Shown piece by piece: positions 18,016 to 27,163 of a stretch of 36,499 nucleotides of DNA. The notes below the pieces were generated by a model. It searched no databases, had not been told where the DNA came from, and was given only the letters and a program-made list of their open reading frames with translations. Each line of letters opens with the position of its first letter. The first letter of the stretch is position 1. The translations under genes were made by a program, and so were the position numbers. Source of the stretch: an uncultured Citrobacter sp. (lineage in GTDB: Bacteria > Bacteroidota > Bacteroidia > Chitinophagales > Chitinophagaceae); the NCBI GenBank assembly GCA_964588445.1, contig CAZPPM010000017.1, forward strand, positions 1-36,499. Direction: 5' to 3'.

Positions 18016-18098
18016 AATTTGTTTGCCCATAAAAAAACGACATCTTTAACACAAAAAATACTAGCCGCTACATGTAAGCTGATGCAACTCTATAACCG

Positions 18099-21000
18099 AT
18101 GAAGTATATTTTACTGCTATTCTCCCTTTCTTTATCACAATGGGCTTCATCGCAAAAGCTTACCCCTTTTTTTGTAAACTATCCGCATACGCCCAATGGA
18201 TTTTCATTTGATCTTATAGAATCTATCGTCAGCGAGCCCAACGGTATCTTATGGATAGGTACACAAGATGGTTTATACCGCTTTGATGGATATCGATACG
18301 AAAGATTCGGTTTCAGCCCTGAAGACTCCTCTTCCATTTCGGATAATCTTATTACAAAGCTTTACTATGAAGACGGGCTGCTGTATATTTCCACAGCTAC
18401 ACGAGGCATCTCGATACTAAATATCCGCACAGGAAAAACACAACGCGTAAAGTTATTTGGAGAGCAAAGAGGGATGCGCTATAGTGCCCTGTCTATCTCT
18501 CCTTACACCTCCGATTCTCTTTGGGTTTCTTGCAGCAATGAGCCACTTTTAAAAATGCACAAAAAGAATTTCGGCATCACACCCTTGCCCCTTTCCTCAC
18601 TTGTCAAAGAGAACAATAGCCACCCCCCTTTTTTCTACCATATTGCATCGGCTATACATGACACTGGTAAAATTTGGGCGTTGCGTATGGATGCTATTTT
18701 GTTGATCGATAAAAAAAAAGGTACTTACACTCCCTTTACATTCGACATTATTCTTGATAATGAAAGGAAGACAGCTAAAGGGTATAATCAGCTTATTATA
18801 GAAAATGATAGCATTGCCTGGGTTACCGTTGCCAGGGTAGGCTTATTTCGGTGGAATTACAAAGCCAATCAATATGAGCATTACCGCGCTAGCTCCGCAG
18901 AAGCCGCAGCCCGGTCTTATTTATATACCTCGCTCATCGAAAAAGACAAGCACAATTTTTGGCTGGCCTCTTCTGGAAAAGAATTATTAGAATTTGATAA
19001 ACAAACAAAAACATTTTCACTTATTGAACACCGCTCGGGTGACCCTAACAGTCTACCAAGGGGTACAATTCGTACATTACATAAAACCAAACAGGGAGCT
19101 ATACTAGTGGGAGCTAGCCCAAATGGCATAGCCTACTCACAACCCCTTGGGCAAAGTTTTAAAAACATCTCCTTACCCAATTTTTTTGAAAAAAGCAGTT
19201 ACAAAAACCTTTATTCCTTAAATGATAGCTTACTACTCGCCAATGATGCTAATGGCAAACTTGCTTTATACAACACCCACCGCAATACTTGGGAGAGAAT
19301 AACCTATAGCAGCATCGCCCAAAGAAAAATACAACCTTGGTTGAACGTATTGCCGGTAAATAACGATCAATCCTGGCTGTTAAAATCTGAAAACTCGTCA
19401 CGGTATAAGTTCACCATTGCCGGCAAAAAAATGCAACTGCTTCATGAAAAATTATTCGATAGTGAAAATGATAGCACCCTTTGGGCTTGGGTAGATATTG
19501 ACGAAGACATCTATTATGTAAATGAAGATGGCTTATTTTGTTGGAATAAGACAACAAATGCAACTACCTCTTATTTACCAGAAAATTTTCCATCAGAAAA
19601 GCCTTTTCCTGTCTTCACGAAGGCTTTACTAGATAGTAAAGGAGTACTATGGCTACCGACATTAACGGGACTTTATAGGTTCGATACACGATCTAAAAAA
19701 TTTGATTTTTTAAACGCCCGAAAAGAGCTTCTTTACGCCGGCCTGGTGAATATTACCGATATTCAAATAGATCAAAATGAAAGAATCTATGCTGGAACAT
19801 ATAATAATGGCATCTTTGTTTTATCTGCTAAAGAAAATGCGGCTATCATAGATCATTGGTCTGCAAATAATTTATTACCTGCTGATAAAATAATTAATCT
19901 TTCGATAGACAAAACAGGCGATCATTTGTGGTGCATTATGCAAAACAGTGTTGTACGTATTAATACAAAAAATAAGAGTACGCAAATTTGGGATAAACAG
20001 AATTCGCCTTTAGCCTCCTCCTTCATTCCCAACGGAGCAACTATACACCATCCTTCTGCCACATGGTATAAACTCGACACAGCCTTGCACCTGTACTCCT
20101 TTGCCCATACGGATACCATAGCGCTTCGCCCTTTCATTACTCAGCTAAAAGCAAATTCAGAAACTTTTTATAGCGTTAGCAATAACATTTACTTTGAAAA
20201 AAATAGTTCCTCCGCTACTCTACACATTAGTACTGGTTTTTATAGCGATCCTTCCCATCTATCTCTTTATTATCGGCTACATAAAGATCAAGATTGGCTA
20301 TTCGTTAATAACGGAGAAATTCAATTAACCAATCTTAAGCAGGGGGAAAGCACACTATATTTAAAAGCACATGTAAATGGTATTATGACTGGTAGTGGGT
20401 ATTCAACTTATACCCTTTTCAGGAGTTATTATTTTTACCAGAGCTGGTGGTTTAAATTACTAGCCGCAGCAGCAATGATTGCGTTACTATTATTAGTTTA
20501 CAAAAGAAGAGTTCATAAAATAAAAAAGAACCTTGAAGAAAAAAATGCATTGGCTGTACAACTAACAAAACTGGAAACAACAGCATTACGCAGCCAGATG
20601 AACCCTCATTTTCTTTTTAATACACTTAATACATTGAGGTATTTAGTCATGACTGGCGAAAACAAAAAAGCTACTGACTATATTATAAAACTGTCCCGTT
20701 TATTGCGAATGATATTACATCATTCTTCTGCAGAAAAAATAGCCCTGCAGGAGGAGTTGGAAATGGTTGAACTGTATCTGGAAATCGAACGCTTACGTTT
20801 TGAAAACAACTTTCAATACAGTATCGATGTTGACAAAGACATCTCTTTGTATGCTATTAAAATCCCTCCTATGCTGTTGCAACCTTTTGCCGAAAATGCA
20901 CTAAAGCATGGCCTAGCTAATAGCGAACTCACAAAAAAAATTCTGGAAATTCGGGTAGAAGCTTTGCAGGAAGACAGTATTAAAATACAAATAAAAGATA

Positions 21001-21197
21001 ATGGCATTGGTCGATCCAGAGCGGCCGAATTAAAAGCTGACCATCCCTTTATTTCTGTAGGTAGTTCTATTACATCACAGCGTATAGAAATATTTAATAA
21101 AACCAATTCATCTCAGATAACGTTGTCAATTAGCGATGCCACAGAGAGTAGTCAAAACCCTGGCACTTTGGTTGAGATAATTGTAAAATCTCTCTGA
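18099..21197 (+). CDS. sensor histidine kinase, LytS/YehU-type (His_kinase + HATPase_c), with a large periplasmic beta-propeller/Y_Y_Y-type sensor domain
   Basis: 1032 aa. Signal/TM at the N-terminus. About 740 aa periplasmic with repeated propeller-like blocks (GLYRFD..., LWLPTLTGLYRFD). TM helix WWFKLLAAAAMIALLLLVY. Cytoplasmic region has the LytS-type phospho-acceptor block LRSQMNPHFLFNTLNTLRYLV and ATPase motifs (QPFAENALKHG, IKDNGIG). Confidence 0.85.
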   Translation: MKYILLLFSLSLSQWASSQKLTPFFVNYPHTPNGFSFDLIESIVSEPNGILWIGTQDGLYRFDGYRYERFGFSPEDSSSISDNLITKLYYEDGLLYISTATRGISILNIRTGKTQRVKLFGEQRGMRYSALSISPYTSDSLWVSCSNEPLLKMHKKNFGITPLPLSSLVKENNSHPPFFYHIASAIHDTGKIWALRMDAILLIDKKKGTYTPFTFDIILDNERKTAKGYNQLIIENDSIAWVTVARVGLFRWNYKANQYEHYRASSAEAAARSYLYTSLIEKDKHNFWLASSGKELLEFDKQTKTFSLIEHRSGDPNSLPRGTIRTLHKTKQGAILVGASPNGIAYSQPLGQSFKNISLPNFFEKSSYKNLYSLNDSLLLANDANGKLALYNTHRNTWERITYSSIAQRKIQPWLNVLPVNNDQSWLLKSENSSRYKFTIAGKKMQLLHEKLFDSENDSTLWAWVDIDEDIYYVNEDGLFCWNKTTNATTSYLPENFPSEKPFPVFTKALLDSKGVLWLPTLTGLYRFDTRSKKFDFLNARKELLYAGLVNITDIQIDQNERIYAGTYNNGIFVLSAKENAAIIDHWSANNLLPADKIINLSIDKTGDHLWCIMQNSVVRINTKNKSTQIWDKQNSPLASSFIPNGATIHHPSATWYKLDTALHLYSFAHTDTIALRPFITQLKANSETFYSVSNNIYFEKNSSSATLHISTGFYSDPSHLSLYYRLHKDQDWLFVNNGEIQLTNLKQGESTLYLKAHVNGIMTGSGYSTYTLFRSYYFYQSWWFKLLAAAAMIALLLLVYKRRVHKIKKNLEEKNALAVQLTKLETTALRSQMNPHFLFNTLNTLRYLVMTGENKKATDYIIKLSRLLRMILHHSSAEKIALQEELEMVELYLEIERLRFENNFQYSIDVDKDISLYAIKIPPMLLQPFAENALKHGLANSELTKKILEIRVEALQEDSIKIQIKDNGIGRSRAAELKADHPFISVGSSITSQRIEIFNKTNSSQITLSISDATESSQNPGTLVEIIVKSL

Positions 21198-21381
21198 TTA
21201 TATTGCAAAATCATTGGCTGTTAAGTGCTTAGAATTACAATAGCTTTTCTACAAAATCATCCATAGCAATCACTTGCCGACAAATTAACTGTGATTACCG
21301 ATTAGATTCTACATTTTATTCATTATTGAACAGGAAGTAGCTACATTTTCTTATTTTCGAGACAAACCGAATCACCAAAAT

Positions 21382-21975
21382 ATGCATCTACTTGACATAA
21401 GTTTATGGTGGCAAGACTTGCCTACTTTTGAAAAAATCTTTTGGGCTATCGCTCTTTTGTTTTCCTTGCTTTTTTTAATCCAAACAATTTTATCGTTTGT
21501 AGCAGGTGATGGCGACGAAGCTTTTGGCGATGCAGATGCGGCAATAGATGGCGATAGCGGGATTGACTATGGCTATTTTACCATTAAAAATTTTATTGCT
21601 TTTTTTACCATTTTTGGCTGGACAGGCATTGCTCTTTCCAAAGGAAATGTAAGTAAGCCGCTAATCATTTTTATATCGTTGGCTGCCGGCCTTGCCGTTG
21701 TGCTCATTATGGTATTTTTATTCCGAAGTATGAGCAAACTAAAGCAAAGTGGTACCATGCAGATAGAAAAAGCCGTGGGTCTCACAGCACAAGTTTATCT
21801 TGTTATTCCTGCTTCCAGAGACGGTTTAGGAAAAGTACATATAAGACTGCAAGGCTCTTTGCGAGAGTTGAATGCTATTACAGATGATAGCATCGCTATT
21901 GCAACCGGCAAATTGGTAAAGATAACCGGCATCATCAATCATAATGTTTTAGTGGTTACATCAAATTTTTCTTAA
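21382..21975 (+). CDS. NfeD-family membrane protein (YqiJ-like)
   Basis: 197 aa. Two hydrophobic helices, an acidic loop (GDGDEAFGDADAAIDGDSG), and a C-terminal OB-fold-like segment (GLTAQVYLVIPASRDGLGKVHIRLQGSLRELNAITDDSIAIATGKLVKITGIINHNVLVVTS). It sits directly upstream of a flotillin gene. Confidence 0.7.
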   Translation: MHLLDISLWWQDLPTFEKIFWAIALLFSLLFLIQTILSFVAGDGDEAFGDADAAIDGDSGIDYGYFTIKNFIAFFTIFGWTGIALSKGNVSKPLIIFISLAAGLAVVLIMVFLFRSMSKLKQSGTMQIEKAVGLTAQVYLVIPASRDGLGKVHIRLQGSLRELNAITDDSIAIATGKLVKITGIINHNVLVVTSNFS

Positions 21976-21994
21976 TAAATAATTAGTTCTCGTC

Positions 21995-23530
21995 ATGGCA
22001 GAAAATTTATTGTTAGTTGTTGCGATTGCGATTGTCTTCTTCTTTATCCTTGTTTTTTCTATGTTCAGAAGGTACAAGCGCTGTCCTTCTGATCGTATTT
22101 TGGTTGTATATGGTAAAGTAGGAAAAGGTGCCGATGGCACGCTTACCGCAAAATGTATTCATGGTGGTGCCGCTTTTATCTGGCCTATTATACAAGACTA
22201 TTCTTTCTTAGATCTTACCCCTATCTCCATCGAAGTAAACCTTACCAGTGCTTTAAGTAAGCAAAATATCCGTGTGGATGTTCCCTCTCGCTTTACAGTA
22301 GGTATTTCTACTGAACCTACTGTGATGCAAAATGCTGCTGAGCGCTTACTCGGTATGCAACGACCCGCCATTCATGATTTAGCAAAGGATATCATTCTTG
22401 GTCAAATGCGTTTGGTGGTAGCCATGATGGATATTGAAGAGATTAACAATAACCGGGATAAATTTTTGGCCAATATTGCGGGCAATGTGGAAGCCGAATT
22501 GAATAAGATAGGCTTAAAGATGATTAACGTAAACGTAACCGATATTAAAGACGAGAGCGGCTACATTGATGCCTTAGGTAAAGAAGCGGCAGCCAAAGCA
22601 ATCAACGAAGCGAAAATAAGAGTAGCTGAACAGGAGCGTACCGGAGACATAGGAAAAACTACGGCTGAAAAGGAAAGAGATATTAAAGTAGCTGAAACAC
22701 AAAGAGACCGCGATGTGAACGTAGCCTTAGCTGTGAAAGAAAAAGAAATTCAGATTGCAGGCGCTAACAGAGATGAAAACATAGGTAAAGCAGAAGCAGA
22801 AAGAGACACGCGTGTAAAAATGGCCGAAGCAAATGCCATTGCTGTGCAAGGTGAAAACTTATCGAAGATAGAAATTGCCAACTCAGAATCTTCCAGAAGA
22901 GAACGGGAAGCTGAAGCTTTGAAAAAAGCGATAGCTACAGAAAAAGTACAAGCAGCTAAAGCATTGGAAGAAGCTTACCTCGCTGAGCAAAAAGCGGAAA
23001 ATGCACGTGCCGAAAGAGACCGTGCTTCGCAAAATGCAACGATTGTAGTAGCAGCAGATATTCAAAAACAAAAATTAATTATTGAGGCACAAGCACAAGC
23101 AGAGCAGGTAAGAGAAAAAGCAAAAGGAGAGGCCGATGCCATTTATGCAAAACTAGAAGCCGAAGCCAGAGGTGTATATGAAATGCTAACGAAACAAGCA
23201 GAAGGTTTAGATAGAATCGTTAAGGCCGCTGGAGATAATGCGAAAGACGCTGTATTATTATTGGTAGCAGATAAGCTACCAGAGCTGGTAAGATTACAAA
23301 CAGAAGCCATTAAAAATATTAAGATTGATAAGGTAACCGTATGGGACGGTGGTGGCCAAAATGCAGATGGCAAAAGCTCTACCGCTAATTTTATGAGCGG
23401 TTTATACAAAGCCGTACCGCCGTTAAAAGATGTTTTTGATATGGCCGGTATGGACCTCCCTACTTATCTGGGTAAGCAAAAAGGAAATACAACAGGCTCA
23501 GTAGATGCTGAAGCTGAAGAAGTGCAATAA
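21995..23530 (+). CDS. flotillin / SPFH (band-7) family protein, YqiK-like
   Basis: 511 aa. N-terminal TM (LLLVVAIAIVFFFILVF). SPFH domain, then a long Ala/Glu/Lys/Arg-rich coiled-coil with repeated EAERD / AEANAIA-type motifs typical of flotillins. Confidence 0.85.
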   Translation: MAENLLLVVAIAIVFFFILVFSMFRRYKRCPSDRILVVYGKVGKGADGTLTAKCIHGGAAFIWPIIQDYSFLDLTPISIEVNLTSALSKQNIRVDVPSRFTVGISTEPTVMQNAAERLLGMQRPAIHDLAKDIILGQMRLVVAMMDIEEINNNRDKFLANIAGNVEAELNKIGLKMINVNVTDIKDESGYIDALGKEAAAKAINEAKIRVAEQERTGDIGKTTAEKERDIKVAETQRDRDVNVALAVKEKEIQIAGANRDENIGKAEAERDTRVKMAEANAIAVQGENLSKIEIANSESSRREREAEALKKAIATEKVQAAKALEEAYLAEQKAENARAERDRASQNATIVVAADIQKQKLIIEAQAQAEQVREKAKGEADAIYAKLEAEARGVYEMLTKQAEGLDRIVKAAGDNAKDAVLLLVADKLPELVRLQTEAIKNIKIDKVTVWDGGGQNADGKSSTANFMSGLYKAVPPLKDVFDMAGMDLPTYLGKQKGNTTGSVDAEAEEVQ

Positions 23531-23574
23531 ATCAACAGTTTTTTGATTGCTTGTACATAAGCATAGTATCATTT

Positions 23575-23608
23575 TTAAAAAACCTGTTCTTACCGAACAG
23601 GTTTTTTA
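23575..23608 (+). terminator. rho-independent terminator after the flotillin gene
   Basis: aaaaaacctgttc-ttaccg-gaacaggtttttt is a perfect 8 to 9-bp stem flanked by an A-tract and a T-tract, 45 nt after the stop. Confidence 0.85.
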
Positions 23609-23695
23609 TTTCTCAGCATACCGTTTCTGTAGAAAAAGTCTACATCAATACATTTCAATGTTGTAAATTATTAACCAAATCGGGTTTTCAGTAAG

Positions 23696-23711
23696 TTTTG
23701 AAAATTCAAAA
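23696..23711. promoter_or_regulatory. inverted repeat TTTTGAA-aa-TTCAAAA upstream of a GbsR/MarR-type regulator gene (candidate operator)
   Basis: A 7-bp perfect inverted repeat with a 2-nt spacer, about 22 bp upstream of the start at 23733. Confidence 0.3.
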
Positions 23712-23732
23712 TATACACCTTACCTTTATTGC

Positions 23733-24239
23733 ATGAAACTAACGGAAGCCAGACAACAATTTATTAGTAACTGGGGGGCTTTTGGCACCCATTGGGGTAT
23801 TAACCGTACGATGGCACAGATTCATGCATTACTTCTTATCAGCCCGGATCCGGTAACGCAGGATGATGTAATGGAAGAATTAAACATCAGTCGTGGAAAT
23901 GTGAATATGAATATTCGGGAACTGATCAACTGGGGACTTATAGAGCGGGTTATTTTGTCGGGAGAAAGAAAAGAATATTTTACAGCGGAAAAAGATATAT
24001 GGAAAGTAGTACGACAAATTGTAAAAGAACGAAAAAAACGAGAACTCGAACCTATGCTGCAATTATTGGATAAACTGGAAACAGTGGAAGGCGATAGAAG
24101 AGACAAGGCCGTAAAGTCTTTTGTAGATGTGGTAAGTGGTATTAAAAAGCTGGGTAAGCAAGCCGATAAAACACTGGATACAATGATTCGTGCTGAAGAG
24201 AACTGGTTTGTAAGTAATCTTATTAAGCTTTTTAAATAA
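23733..24239 (+). CDS. GbsR/MarR-family winged-helix transcriptional regulator
   Basis: 168 aa. WGAFGTHWGINRTMAQIHALLLISPDPVTQDDVMEELNISRGNVNMNIRELINWGLIERV matches the GbsR-type wHTH pattern common in Bacteroidota. Confidence 0.7.
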   Translation: MKLTEARQQFISNWGAFGTHWGINRTMAQIHALLLISPDPVTQDDVMEELNISRGNVNMNIRELINWGLIERVILSGERKEYFTAEKDIWKVVRQIVKERKKRELEPMLQLLDKLETVEGDRRDKAVKSFVDVVSGIKKLGKQADKTLDTMIRAEENWFVSNLIKLFK

Positions 24240-24266
24240 AAAGCTTACCTTATTGGACTAAACACA

Positions 24267-24638
24267 ATGGATACGACAACTAAAAAAACATTAGTTATTG
24301 GTGCATCGGATAATCCTGAGCGCTACAGTTATCTTGCCATACAGCGGCTGCGGGGAAAAAATATCCCTGTCGTAGGGATTGGCAAAAAGAAAGCTCTTGT
24401 GCAGGATGTAGCCATCGAAATAGATAAAATTCCTTTTGAAGATATTGATACAGTCACTCTTTACATTAACCCCTTACACCAGCAGAGCTATTACGATTAT
24501 ATTCTTTCCTTACAACCTCGCAGAATAATTTTCAATCCCGGTACAGAAAATACAGAATTAGAAGAACTGGCAAGACAACAAAATATTGAAACACTGGAAG
24601 CCTGCACACTTGTATTACTAAGCACAGGGCAATTTTAA
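24267..24638 (+). CDS. CoA-binding domain protein (YccU-like)
   Basis: 123 aa. KTLVIGASDNPERYSYLAIQRLRGKNIPVVGIG and a Rossmann-like layout are typical of CoA_binding_2 family small proteins. Confidence 0.7.
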   Translation: MDTTTKKTLVIGASDNPERYSYLAIQRLRGKNIPVVGIGKKKALVQDVAIEIDKIPFEDIDTVTLYINPLHQQSYYDYILSLQPRRIIFNPGTENTELEELARQQNIETLEACTLVLLSTGQF

Positions 24639-24935
24639 TCTGTCTACTTCCTCAATAATAACAACAAGCCTCATCCTAAATTTTACAAATAGCAAAAAGA
24701 AATATTCTTTTCTATGTGTAACCACTTATTTATCGAAAATTTACCAAGAAAGAAAACACAGGCACGTAGAAAACAGGAAGTATTAGTGCTCAATTTCCTT
24801 TAAATACGCTACGAATAATACGTGTTTAGAAATAATATTATCACTTTTGTTTGCAAGTACCAATTAAAAACCAGGAAACGCATCCACTCTTCTTAGAAAT
24901 ACGGAAAGCGGCTTCCAAAATTTAAAATATATCCA

Positions 24936-25412
24936 ATGAATTACCGTAAGCGAATAGGGCTTGCCCTGTTGTTTATTTTATCCATTGCTATTGTGCAAGC
25001 ACAGGATCATCCACCACTTAATGAGCCTGACCCCAATAAGCCCCGCTTATTTGACCATTTGCCCGAAAAAATTAAGATTGAGACGAGTGAATTAGCGACC
25101 CTGCTAAACGGTACTAATGAACCTGGTAAAACCATCAATGTACACTCAAGAAGTAAAAAAATCTCCTTATTAAAAGGTAAAATAATTTCCGCCTCTAAAA
25201 AAAGCGACAAGGCCGTAAAAAGCATTGTCATTCGTTCCACAGATTTTAGCGGTGCAGCTTTTTCCCTATCCTCATCCACAACTGCTGATGGTACGGTAAA
25301 GTATAAAGGCCGTATCATCAGCTTACAACATGGCGACGCCTATGTACTGCAGGAAGAAGACGGAGAATATTTTTTACAGAAGAAAAGCATTTATGAATTA
25401 ATGAGCGAATAG
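24936..25412 (+). CDS. hypothetical secreted protein
   Basis: 158 aa. Signal peptide MNYRKRIGLALLFILSIAIVQAQ. No recognisable family. It ends 29 nt upstream of the T9SS metalloprotease gene. Confidence 0.5.
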   Translation: MNYRKRIGLALLFILSIAIVQAQDHPPLNEPDPNKPRLFDHLPEKIKIETSELATLLNGTNEPGKTINVHSRSKKISLLKGKIISASKKSDKAVKSIVIRSTDFSGAAFSLSSSTTADGTVKYKGRIISLQHGDAYVLQEEDGEYFLQKKSIYELMSE

Positions 25413-25441
25413 CCATTTCCCAATATCCCTTTTACAAAGCC

Positions 25442-27067
25442 GTGTTTATGAAAAAGAATGTTACCCTACTGTTCCTGTTGTTAACCACCACCTGGTTACG
25501 ATCATTCGGACAGGAAACAGTACCCATTTTAAACAGCTATCCCGATGCGGATAAAGTTATTTTTCTTGATTTTGATGGCCATACGGTAGAAGGCTCCGTA
25601 TGGAATTGGGCGCTATCTTCCATTGTTTGTGGAGCATCCGGACTAAATGCTACACAAATTACAGAGGTCTTTAACAGAGTAGCAGAAGATTATCGTCCTT
25701 TTAATTTAAATGTAACTACAGATGAAGCTCGTTATTACGCAGCGCCTCTCGGTAATCGAGTGAGAGTTATTGTTACTGTTACCTCTAGCTGGTATGGCAA
25801 TACTGCCGGTGGCGTTGCATTTACCGGTTCTTTTACCTGGGGAGACAATACACCCTGCTTTGTTTTCTCGGCCTTACTTAAAAATAATATCAAAAACATT
25901 TCTGAAGCGGTTTCGCATGAAGCCGGTCATACTTTAGGTTTGTTTCATCAGGCTGAATACGATAATAACTGTAATAAAGTATCTGACTATCACAAAGGAA
26001 CCGGCTCCGGAGAAATTGGCTGGGCGCCCATTATGGGTGTAGGTTACAACAAAAATTTTACTCTTTGGAATTATGGCCCCAGTTCATTGGGTTGTAATAA
26101 ATACCAGAATGATTTGGAAGTTATTACATCGGCAACAAACGGATTTGGTTACCGCACTGACGATCACGGAAGTAGTTTTGCAACAGCTACTGTACCAGAA
26201 ATTACCAACAACTCCTTTACCGCAACAGGGGTGATAGAAGAAAATTCTGATAATGACTTTTTTCGTTTCGTGATGCTGGGCAACGGTCGTTTTCAACTGG
26301 ATGCCGTTCCATATAATGTAGGTACCGGCAATGCGGGTTCTAATCTGGATTTACAAGTGTCGCTATACGATGAGTCGCAGGAAGTACTAAGCATATATAA
26401 CCCTGGTACCCTTTTAAACTCTGTTGCAGATACTAATCTCAACCCCGGAGTATATTACCTGAAAGTGGAGGGAAAAGGAAACATTTATGCACCAGAGTAT
26501 GCCAGCCTGGGTTCTTACTCGCTACAAGCAGACATCAATCTCAACTCGGCAGTACTCCCTGTACAACAACTTAGCTTAACAGGAAAAGAAGATAATGGCA
26601 ATCATCACCTGCAATGGACCATCATTACGGATGAAAAAATAGAGCAGCAGGTAATTGAAGTGTCTACCGACGGCAAAGAGTTTCAGACGCTTGTTACTAC
26701 TGACATTCAGGCGCGCAGCTATGTGTACCGTCCATTGCCGGGTACAACTAATCGTTACCGTATTCAGGTAAGCGTGGCTAGTGGCCATCGCTATTATTCG
26801 AATAATCTCTCCATCAAATCCGAGGCAGGAAATTTATCCAGACCACAACTCACAAGCAACCTTATTACTTCAAATACGGTCTATGTGAAAAGTCCCGGTA
26901 GTTACAACTACCTACTGACTGATGTAAATGGAAAAATGATTAAAAAAGGAGTAATAAATAATGGAGTGAATGCAATTCATCATCAATCTTCACTCCCGAC
27001 AGGAATGTATTTTATTAGCTTCTATAACCATACAGAAAGATGGACTGATAAACTGGTCCTTCGTTAA
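25442..27067 (+). CDS. secreted metzincin-type zinc metalloprotease with a PPC (pre-peptidase C-terminal) domain and a T9SS C-terminal sorting domain
   Basis: 541 aa. Signal peptide. Zinc-binding motif HEAGHTLGLFH (HExxHxxGxxH). PPC-like block DNDFFRF...DLQVSLYDESQ...PGVYYLKVEG. A beta-rich segment follows. The final ~75 aa (...NTVYVKSPGSYNYLLTDVNGKMIKKGVINNG...LPTGMYFISFYNHTERWTDKLVLR) resemble a type-A T9SS CTD. Confidence 0.75.
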   Translation: MFMKKNVTLLFLLLTTTWLRSFGQETVPILNSYPDADKVIFLDFDGHTVEGSVWNWALSSIVCGASGLNATQITEVFNRVAEDYRPFNLNVTTDEARYYAAPLGNRVRVIVTVTSSWYGNTAGGVAFTGSFTWGDNTPCFVFSALLKNNIKNISEAVSHEAGHTLGLFHQAEYDNNCNKVSDYHKGTGSGEIGWAPIMGVGYNKNFTLWNYGPSSLGCNKYQNDLEVITSATNGFGYRTDDHGSSFATATVPEITNNSFTATGVIEENSDNDFFRFVMLGNGRFQLDAVPYNVGTGNAGSNLDLQVSLYDESQEVLSIYNPGTLLNSVADTNLNPGVYYLKVEGKGNIYAPEYASLGSYSLQADINLNSAVLPVQQLSLTGKEDNGNHHLQWTIITDEKIEQQVIEVSTDGKEFQTLVTTDIQARSYVYRPLPGTTNRYRIQVSVASGHRYYSNNLSIKSEAGNLSRPQLTSNLITSNTVYVKSPGSYNYLLTDVNGKMIKKGVINNGVNAIHHQSSLPTGMYFISFYNHTERWTDKLVLR

Positions 27068-27163
27068 CGATTTAGTCTCTCTCATTCTGTTTAACAGAAT
27101 GATAATCCGTTCCCCTTTTGACATGTGGAGGTTTTTCTATAACTTAGGAAAACCTCTTTTCAT

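Noticed and set aside
24639-24935. Searched the long intergenic regions (24639-24935, 27638-27937, 21198-21381, 23531-23732) for tRNA or other structured RNA genes.
   Set aside because: No T-loop (GTTCRANYC)-like elements, no cloverleaf-compatible pairing, and no convincing conserved-looking hairpins beyond the terminators listed.
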